DNA of 10,886 nucleotides from Pseudomonadota bacterium (GTDB taxonomy: Bacteria > UBA10199 > 2-02-FULL-44-16 > JAAZCA01), in contig JAZDOG010000049.1 of the NCBI GenBank assembly GCA_043798915.1, positions 1 to 10,886 on the forward strand, written 5' to 3'. The notes beneath the pieces were generated by a model. That model did not search any database. It was not told the DNA's origin and was given only the letters and a program-made list of their open reading frames with translations. The position numbers and the translations under genes are program-made. Below are positions 4,907-10,886 of the stretch, piece by piece; the first letter of the stretch is position 1, and each line of letters begins with the position of its first letter.

Positions 4907-7528
4907 CTAGTGGAAGCTTTCGAAATCCTCGTCAAAGAAATTCCCCGAACGGTCGCCGCCGGTATTCTCGCCCGGCAGAGATTTTCTGGGGACTGATCCG
5001 AAGAGCGAGGAACCGCCGGTCATGTCGTCGATGCTGCCGCTCGGGAACCCCTCCGGTTTCTGGAAGTCCTTGGCCTCCCAGCCTTCTGTGGCGGTCTTCA
5101 TATAATCGAGGAAGATCGGCGCAGCGGTATTGCCGCCTTGAACGCCGGGGCCTATCCTCTGGACCTCGTCGAATCCCACCCATACGCCGGCGGCGAGATC
5201 GGGCACGAAGCCGATGAACCAGACGTCCGTCTCGTCGTTTGTGGTTCCGGTCTTCCCCGCGACCGGCTTGCCCAGCGCCTTCACGCGCTGGGCGGTGCCG
5301 CTGGCCACTACATTCTTGAGAAGGTTCACCACGAGGAACGCCGTCTGCGGCGTGATCGCGTGGTGCGGCGGGATGACCGAGCCGTAGAGCGTCTTGATCT
5401 CGAGATCGGTGAGATTGAGCTGGTCCTTCTCGATTGCCTTGCGGCCCTCTTCCCAGAGCCCGGTGTTGAGATCGCTTTCAGAGACGTCCTTGCCTATCTT
5501 CACCTCGGGCGCCTTCTTTTCCTCTTCGCCGGCCTCGCTCTTCGGTTCTTCTGCCGCCGCCGGGCCGCCCGGATAGGATGTCTGCTCGACCACTCTGCCG
5601 CGCGAGTTCTCGATCCTGGTTATGGCGATTGCCGGCTTGAACACCCCGTTATCCGCAAAGACCGAATAAGCCTGGACCATCTCCTGCAGATACACGCCGT
5701 TGGCGCCGAGCGCCATCGAGAGATATTTGCCGATGGGGGAGGTGATGCCCATCTTGCGCTCAAAGGCGGTCAGGTAGTGCGTGCCGATGTCGTAGACGAT
5801 TTTGGATGTCGGGATGTTTTTGGAGAAGGTGATGCAGTTCTTGAACGACATCGCGCCGCTGTAGCCGCCGCCGTAGTTCTTGGGGGTCCAGACGTCGTTC
5901 CTGCCGACGACGAACGAGACCGGGCCGTCGACGACCGTCGTGTTGAAGGTGTAGCCCTTGTCGAGCGCGGATGCATAGACGAAGGGCTTGAACGAGGAGC
6001 CGGGCTGCCTGAGCGCCTGGTTGACGCGGTTGAATTCGCTCTTCCCGAAATCATAGCCGCCGACCATCGCCTTGATGAAGCCCGTGTGCGGGTCCATCGA
6101 AAAGAGCGCGCTCTGGATGAGCGGGTTCTGCGCCAGCGCGAAGCTGCCGTCCTCCAGCCTTCGGACGAGGATCACGTCGCCGACCTTGAGGATGCTCTTC
6201 GGGTTGTTCACGTAGGAGGCGCCATCGTAGCCTAACGATCCGGGGGTCCACCTGCGCGCCCACTTGACGCCGTCGAGCTTTATCGTTCCGGAATTGCTTC
6301 CTATCTGAACGATCGTATCCTTGCCCTGGAATTCCGTGACGATAGCCTTGTAGGTCTCCTGCGGTGTAAACACGATCGCCGCCGTCGACTCCCTGCTGCC
6401 AGGAGGCCATGGGATGGTTAAGTTCCGCTGCTTCGCGAGCAGCTCCTTTTCGATATGCTTCGAGTGCTCCGGAATCTTGTCGGGCTGGATGTGCTCCAAG
6501 GGGCCCCTGTAGCCCAGGCGCCTGTCCATCCCCTCTATGCCGCGGCGGACGGCAGCGGTCGCCGCGCGCTGTAGCGGGATGTTCTCGGTGGTGTGGATCC
6601 TGAACCCTTCATTATAAAGGACATCGTCGCCGTAGTGTTCCTTGACTATCCTGCGGACGTGTTCGACGAACCAGGCCGAATCCTTTTCGATGAAATCCTT
6701 GTCGATGCCCGACACGTAGATGTCGAACTGCTCCGCCGCCGCCGTCCTCGCCTCTTCTTCGCTGATGTGCCCTTCCTCGACCATTCGTCCGAGGACGTGC
6801 TGCTGGCACTTTCTCGCCTCCGTGACGTTGTTGACTGGCGAGAAGTTCGTGGGCGCCGTGGGCAGCCCGGCGATCAGGGCGATCTGCCCCAGCGAGAGCT
6901 CGAACGGCGTCTTCCTGAAGTAGTTCCTCGCCGCCGCGGCGATGCCGTAGGCGCGGTTGCCGAGGTATATCTGGTTAAGATAGAGCGTGAGTATCTGGTC
7001 CTTGCTCAAATAGCGTTCGATCCTCGTGGCGAGGATGGCCTCCTTGGCCTTGCGGCTGATCGACTTCTCGTGCGTGAGCAGAAGCGAGCGCGTGATCTGC
7101 TGCGTGATGGTGCTGCCGCCCTGGGTCACCTCGCCCGCCCTGAGGTTCGCGACGAACGCGCGCACGATGGAGCGGATGTCGACGCCCTTGTGCTCGTAGA
7201 AGCGCGAGTCCTCAGAATCGATGAAAGCCTGCACGATGCGCTTGGGTATGTCGTTGAAGGGCATGAATATGCGGCATTCCGTCCAGAACTCGCCGATCTG
7301 GGTGCCGTCATCGGCAAGGACCCGGCTGACCACAGGCGGGTGATAATCCGCGAGCGACTTGATGTCGGGCAGGCCGCGCGCAAAAAAGAGATAGATGCCC
7401 ACGAAGATGGCGATCGAGATGAGCGTGACGGTCGCGACGATGGAGAGGAGAAACTTGACGAGGCGGATACTGCCGCCGAGCAGGGACAATACGTCTGAGA
7501 TGATGCCTTTGACGATCGGGTGGGCCAT
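4907..7528 (-). CDS. mrcA: Class A penicillin-binding protein 1A (transglycosylase/transpeptidase)
   Basis: N-terminal TM helix. GT51 motifs EDSRFYEHKGVD, QGGSTITQQ and RKAKE; OB-like insertion; transpeptidase motifs SSFK (QPGSSFKPF), SKN and KTG (GKTGTTND). Confidence 0.95.
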   Translation of the reverse strand: MAHPIVKGIISDVLSLLGGSIRLVKFLLSIVATVTLISIAIFVGIYLFFARGLPDIKSLADYHPPVVSRVLADDGTQIGEFWTECRIFMPFNDIPKRIVQAFIDSEDSRFYEHKGVDIRSIVRAFVANLRAGEVTQGGSTITQQITRSLLLTHEKSISRKAKEAILATRIERYLSKDQILTLYLNQIYLGNRAYGIAAAARNYFRKTPFELSLGQIALIAGLPTAPTNFSPVNNVTEARKCQQHVLGRMVEEGHISEEEARTAAAEQFDIYVSGIDKDFIEKDSAWFVEHVRRIVKEHYGDDVLYNEGFRIHTTENIPLQRAATAAVRRGIEGMDRRLGYRGPLEHIQPDKIPEHSKHIEKELLAKQRNLTIPWPPGSRESTAAIVFTPQETYKAIVTEFQGKDTIVQIGSNSGTIKLDGVKWARRWTPGSLGYDGASYVNNPKSILKVGDVILVRRLEDGSFALAQNPLIQSALFSMDPHTGFIKAMVGGYDFGKSEFNRVNQALRQPGSSFKPFVYASALDKGYTFNTTVVDGPVSFVVGRNDVWTPKNYGGGYSGAMSFKNCITFSKNIPTSKIVYDIGTHYLTAFERKMGITSPIGKYLSMALGANGVYLQEMVQAYSVFADNGVFKPAIAITRIENSRGRVVEQTSYPGGPAAAEEPKSEAGEEEKKAPEVKIGKDVSESDLNTGLWEEGRKAIEKDQLNLTDLEIKTLYGSVIPPHHAITPQTAFLVVNLLKNVVASGTAQRVKALGKPVAGKTGTTNDETDVWFIGFVPDLAAGVWVGFDEVQRIGPGVQGGNTAAPIFLDYMKTATEGWEAKDFQKPEGFPSGSIDDMTGGSSLFGSVPRKSLPGENTGGDRSGNFFDEDFESFH

Positions 7529-7553
7529 TTATGAATTTGCTGCGCAAAATTTG

Positions 7554-7636
7554 TGCGAGGGAGGGGATTTGAACCCCTATGAGATTGCTCTCACTAGCTC
7601 CTGAGGCTAGCGCGTCTGCCGTTCCGCCACCCTCGC
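7554..7636 (-). tRNA. tRNA-Leu(CAG)
   Basis: The minus strand GCGAGGG TGGCGGAACGGCAGACGCG CTAGC-CTCAGGA-GCTAG TGAGAGCAATCTCAT AGGGG-TTCAAAT-CCCCT CCCTCGC A gives a 7-bp acceptor stem, CAG anticodon, long variable arm and TTC loop. CCA is not encoded. Confidence 0.96.
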
Positions 7637-7706
7637 TAACTGTTTAAAATCTCGATTTTTTCCCCCGTGCTACCTTCCATTTTTCCTCATTTCTTCAACT
7701 CAAATA

Positions 7707-8255
7707 TCACATCCTGATTTTGTCGATGAGTTCTTGGCTTATGATAGTTCGCTCATCGCAGGCTTCACGAAGTTCGTCATTGATCGGTGGAACATAGAAA
7801 AGGTGTACCACGATTCCGAACTGCTTTGTTTCGATGATGGCCGGCACGAAATCGCTGTCCCCCGTGATGAGAATCGCATCGTTGATTTTTCCGGTCGCGC
7901 TCAGCCTTACCAAATCGCCAGCCATCATGACATCGACGCGTTTCTGTTCATATCGTAATCCTCCCTTTACGGACGGATCCGAATAGCGTGCAAGGCGCCC
8001 CTGTCTGCATTCGAGCCTCGGAATTTCGGAGAGGCGGTGAATAAAACTCTGTTTTTTCCGGTAGCGGTCTTTTTCCTCCAGTGTTGGATTTGTGCCCTGG
8101 TATGGCATGCAATGGTAATAATATGCTCTAAGAAGTTCCTTGCCTTCGCTGAGGGCGGCTATGAGTTTGCGAAAATCAAGCCTCGGCTTCCCAAACGAGT
8201 TTTGGAGGATTTTGTCTAAACAGCCAGCATCGATAAAAATAGCGACCTTATCCAC
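7707..8255 (-). CDS. NYN domain (LabA/DUF88, PIN-like) putative ribonuclease
   Basis: Motifs AIFIDAG, LLRAYYYH, EQKRVDVMM, LITGDSDFVP and LREACD retain the acidic PIN-type residues. GTG start with AGGAG SD. Visibly more AT-rich than the neighbouring genes. Confidence 0.92.
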   Translation of the reverse strand: MDKVAIFIDAGCLDKILQNSFGKPRLDFRKLIAALSEGKELLRAYYYHCMPYQGTNPTLEEKDRYRKKQSFIHRLSEIPRLECRQGRLARYSDPSVKGGLRYEQKRVDVMMAGDLVRLSATGKINDAILITGDSDFVPAIIETKQFGIVVHLFYVPPINDELREACDERTIISQELIDKIRM

Positions 8256-8266
8256 GGCTATCTCCT

Positions 8267-8298
8267 AAAAGAAAAGGGAGCCCGCAAAGGCTCCCTTT
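8267..8298 (-). terminator. Intrinsic terminator directly upstream of the NYN ribosome-binding site
   Basis: The minus strand reads AAAGGGAGCC-TTTGCG-GGCTCCCTTT (perfect 10-bp arms) running into TTTTCTTTT, then AGGAG. Confidence 0.8.
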
Positions 8299-8351
8299 CA
8301 CGATAAATAACCGCTCTTCACATTGGAAAAGCGGCGGGTATTGTCGATGGC
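8267..8351 (-). ncRNA. Candidate ~85-nt structured leader/small RNA upstream of the NYN gene
   Basis: Bounded by an extended -10 promoter and the terminator. Internal hairpin CCGCUUUUC-CAAUGU-GAAGAGCGG (8311-8334) is 9 bp, with a G-U pair that forms only on the minus strand. Ends are estimated. Confidence 0.45.
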
Positions 8352-8357
8352 GAAACT

Positions 8358-8384
8358 ATTATAGCAGAAAGCATACACGGTCAA
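8358..8384 (-). promoter_or_regulatory. sigma70 promoter (TTGACC-N15-TATAAT, extended -10 TGcTATAAT)
   Basis: Perfect TATAAT at 8358-8363 preceded by TG-n. TTGACC at 8379-8384, although the 15-bp spacer is short. Confidence 0.7.
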
Positions 8385-8407
8385 CAGCTTTTTCGCTTCC
8401 ATAGATA

Positions 8408-8434
8408 TTATCGGCATTGGACACCCAAAAGTTG
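8408..8434 (-). promoter_or_regulatory. Possible sigma28-type promoter
   Basis: The minus strand reads CAACTTTT-N11-GCCGATAA: perfect -10 GCCGATAA, with -35 matching TAAAGTTT at 5/8. Confidence 0.35.
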
Positions 8435-8559
8435 CTTGAAAAATCAGATTTTTAATACCTCGAAAATCCCCCCAAATTACACTATGCGAAAACCTTGCGC
8501 TCCTAACATGTAAAATTATCTAGTTCAATGAATTTTTGGGCTTTTTTGGACTGGAATCG

Positions 8560-8715
8560 TCATTCGATGTCGGCCTCCTCGTCAAATACGTTCAGCTCGT
8601 TTTCATCAAAGAGGATGGCGCCGCAGTTGGGGCAGTTCGAATCGCTTCCGACGAATTGTCCGCAGTTGGGGCAGGTCTCCGGGTTTTCGAAGTTGAGTGC
8701 GTCGATCTCGCTCAT
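8560..8715 (-). CDS. 51-aa acidic zinc-ribbon protein with two CPNCG motifs (not in the ORF track)
   Basis: Hand translation: MSEIDALNFENPETCPNCGQFVGSDSNCPNCGAILFDENELNVFDEEADIE*. AAAGGGGGAG SD just before the ATG; same strand as the upstream operon. Confidence 0.85.
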   Translation of the reverse strand: MSEIDALNFENPETCPNCGQFVGSDSNCPNCGAILFDENELNVFDEEADIE

Positions 8716-8760
8716 ATCTCCCCCTTTCGGATCCGGGTACAGGGGGTTCTGCTATCTCTG

Positions 8761-9342
8761 TCAAATGGCAAATGTCAAGAGCGATCGTTCTAAAGCCAGG
8801 CGCTCTTCAGGGTCCAGACCCTTCTCTTTGCAGTACACGTGGTTAACGGCAGCCAGCGTGTTGAGGACTGTCTCGACGTTTATGATGTCGCTGAAAACGA
8901 GTTCATCGAGCGCAATGTCGCTGCGAAAGTTGTTGTCGCAACAGGTTATGGAGCCTTCGTCGTTTCTGGCCATGCGAAGGAGTCTCTCGGCGCCTGGCGC
9001 ATGAACCGAGAATGCCTCCGGCCCTGCGCTGAATGCGAGCGGCGCGCCCCACAGGCGGCAGACGACCGGCCTTTCGGCGTAGACGGCGCAGCGGCCGCTG
9101 TCGTCGAGGAGCGGGCAGCGCCCGGAGGAGGACTTGCTGCGGCGGGTGAGCGACTCGATTGCATCTCCACCGGCTGCCTTGAGATGGGTGCGCAGGTTGT
9201 CGAATTCGACCCGCCACACCGTGATCCCTGCGACGCAGCAGTCGGTGCAGCCGGGTTTGCATGCAAAGGACGACGGATGGCGGCGAGACAGGGCCCCGAC
9301 GAAGCGATCGATCTTTTCGACGAGCCGGAGGTAATTGTTCAT
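8761..9342 (-). CDS. YkgJ family cysteine-cluster (CxxCxxCC-type, putative Zn/Fe-S) protein
   Basis: CKPGCTDCC ... CPLLDDSGRCAVYAERPVVCRLWG ... TCCDNNF; starts 4 bp after the upstream stop. Confidence 0.88.
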   Translation of the reverse strand: MNNYLRLVEKIDRFVGALSRRHPSSFACKPGCTDCCVAGITVWRVEFDNLRTHLKAAGGDAIESLTRRSKSSSGRCPLLDDSGRCAVYAERPVVCRLWGAPLAFSAGPEAFSVHAPGAERLLRMARNDEGSITCCDNNFRSDIALDELVFSDIINVETVLNTLAAVNHVYCKEKGLDPEERLALERSLLTFAI

Positions 9343-9346
9343 GTGA

Positions 9347-10273
9347 TCAAAAACCAGGGGAGCGCATGAATTTGCCGTTGTTGTCGACTATCAGGCCTTT
9401 GCCGTACTTCGTGAGCACCTTCATGCCTTCGTCCGGATTCATGATGAAGATCGCGCTTGCCAGGGCCTCTGCGATGGCGGCGTCGTTTGCCAGCATCATG
9501 ACTCCGCGGCATGGCGTCTGTATATCCCGCTTCGAGCGCGGGTCTGGGACGCCGCTGCGGAACTGGCTGGCGCTCACCGTCGCGGCGCCTATGTTCTCGA
9601 TGGTCAGGTTGAGCGCGTGGCGCGCGAACGTCCCGGCGTCGTCCTGCACCTGGATCTTCCACGGTCCTGCAAGGCTTGATCCGATCCCCCGGAATACGTT
9701 GCCGACCTTGACGATCGCGTTCTGGATGTTGGCTGTGTAGAGATACCTGGCGATGAGCTCCGCCATGAAGCCGTCGATCATCGGATCGAAGCGGATCTTC
9801 ATGCCGCTCCTCTTGAGCTCCACGGTCGAGCTGCCCTTGCTGATCTTTATGTCGTGCCAGTTGCCCTCTCCGGCATATGCGATGTCAAAGGCGCCCTTCG
9901 TCCAGTCGGAGACCTGTGCGGCGGTTTCGAATGCGGCGAAGACGTCGTCGGAAACCTGCACGCCTCCCTGGCCGGCTTTTGCCTCGACCTTGGCGACATC
10001 CCCAGCGGGGTTTTGCGGGTCGAGCCTTGAAAACGATTCGCCGGCCTTTCCGGCCACGATGTCGAGGAGCTTCCCGACGTTTACGGAGTCCTGCGCGAGC
10101 CCCACGAGGATGATCGCAGCGGGGAGCCTCCCGCCGATCACGAATTGGCGATCGTACTGCCGGAAGCCCGCCTGGGCGAGGGCCGAGGCGGGAAACATGA
10201 AGGCGCAGATTGAGAGAAGGAGAGCTAAGCTACTGATCCCTCTCCTCTTCGATCTGTTTCTGCCGAAGATCAT
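9347..10273 (-). CDS. Secreted ApbE-like (FAD:protein FMN transferase fold) protein with divergent active site
   Basis: Recognisable ApbE scaffold: VQVSDDVFAAFETAAQVSDWTKGAFDI, LKRSGMKIRFD, GPWKIQVQD, DPRS, AEALASAIFIM..DEG. Signal peptide ending ALA-Q; GGGGGA SD. Confidence 0.8.
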   Translation of the reverse strand: MIFGRNRSKRRGISSLALLLSICAFMFPASALAQAGFRQYDRQFVIGGRLPAAIILVGLAQDSVNVGKLLDIVAGKAGESFSRLDPQNPAGDVAKVEAKAGQGGVQVSDDVFAAFETAAQVSDWTKGAFDIAYAGEGNWHDIKISKGSSTVELKRSGMKIRFDPMIDGFMAELIARYLYTANIQNAIVKVGNVFRGIGSSLAGPWKIQVQDDAGTFARHALNLTIENIGAATVSASQFRSGVPDPRSKRDIQTPCRGVMMLANDAAIAEALASAIFIMNPDEGMKVLTKYGKGLIVDNNGKFMRSPGF

Positions 10274-10886
10274 TGGATCCCCCGTCGTAGGGCGCGGTCC
10301 GCTGGCTGTCGATGAGCGCCGTCGGGCTTGACACCCCGAGGCCGGCGGATGCGAGAAGATTGCCGTCTGTGTCCACGATAATTATTTTCACTTCGGGATG
10401 GGCCTCGACGAACCGGAGGCCTATCCTGGGGCCAAGCGTGTATGCCGCCAGGGCATAGGCGGTTGCGGTTGCGGCGGATGCTGCGATCACGGTGGTGCTC
10501 TGCGCCAGATTGTTCGACACCGGGCGTTTGCTGTGCGGATCGATGAGGCCTCTCCCCAGTCCGTCAGCCGTGACCGTCGCAGAGGCCACGTTCGAGATGC
10601 TGTAGTTTAATGCCCGGTGGGCGAGCTTGTCGCTTTTGCCCCCGAGGCCGATCTGGATGCTCCACGGGGTGAAGATATCGCGTCCGATGTTGCGCTGGGC
10701 GCCTCCCACGCGCACCATGGCGTTTGCGAAACCCGCCTTTTCGATCGAATCGAGCGCCAGATCGACCATGAAGCCCGGCGAGAACCTCTTGATATCCAGG
10801 CGCATCCCGTCGCTCTTGAACGCCACGGTCCGATCGGCATTGTTCATCGATATCCGGCGCCAGTCCCTCTGCAGGAAGAAGCTCTT
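10230..10886 (-). CDS. Second ApbE-like protein, C-terminal part (5'-truncated by the window), divergent active site
   Basis: The frame is open to the window edge (KSFFLQRDWRRISMNN...). Motifs GMRLDI....GFMVD, AMVRVGG, PWSIQI, LIDPHS and STTVIA. It shares the (A)RHALN/AHRALN segment with the downstream paralog and overlaps it by 44 bp. Confidence 0.78.
   Translation of the reverse strand, partial: KSFFLQRDWRRISMNNADRTVAFKSDGMRLDIKRFSPGFMVDLALDSIEKAGFANAMVRVGGAQRNIGRDIFTPWSIQIGLGGKSDKLAHRALNYSISNVASATVTADGLGRGLIDPHSKRPVSNNLAQSTTVIAASAATATAYALAAYTLGPRIGLRFVEAHPEVKIIIVDTDGNLLASAGLGVSSPTALIDSQRTAPYDGGSNDLRQKQIEEERDQ

Noticed and set aside
5138..7498. Long plus-strand ORFs 5138-6235 and 6593-7498
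   Set aside because: Antisense shadows of mrcA expected from GC-rich codon bias; no recognisable motifs.
7554..8400. NYN cassette as a tRNA-integrated island
   Set aside because: It lies 5' of the tRNA, with no duplicated tRNA fragment and no integrase.

Overview
GC-rich bacterial window; a deltaproteobacterial-type origin is inferred from gene content and promoter style and is not verified. Left to right: the 3' end of a probable REP-associated (Y1/RAYT-type) transposase with a DnaA-like C-terminal HTH; a 30-bp-period tandem duplication; a convergent 7-repeat FG-GAP lipoprotein gene behind a candidate sigma54 promoter; a divergent wHTH / nucleotidyltransferase (TA-like) / histone-deacetylase-family operon; a 61-aa orphan gene with strong expression signals; PBP1A; tRNA-Leu(CAG); an NYN (LabA/DUF88) nuclease gene whose leader is a promoter-hairpin-terminator unit; and a minus-strand operon of two ApbE-like paralogs lacking canonical catalytic motifs, a YkgJ Cys-cluster protein and a 51-aa CPNCG-repeat protein absent from the ORF track. 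The best candidates for undescribed biology are the ~85-nt terminated RNA in front of the NYN nuclease (type III TA-like or attenuator layout), the tandem ApbE pseudoenzymes and the wHTH-fusion/NTase module. All family calls come from motif recognition by eye; no searches were run.
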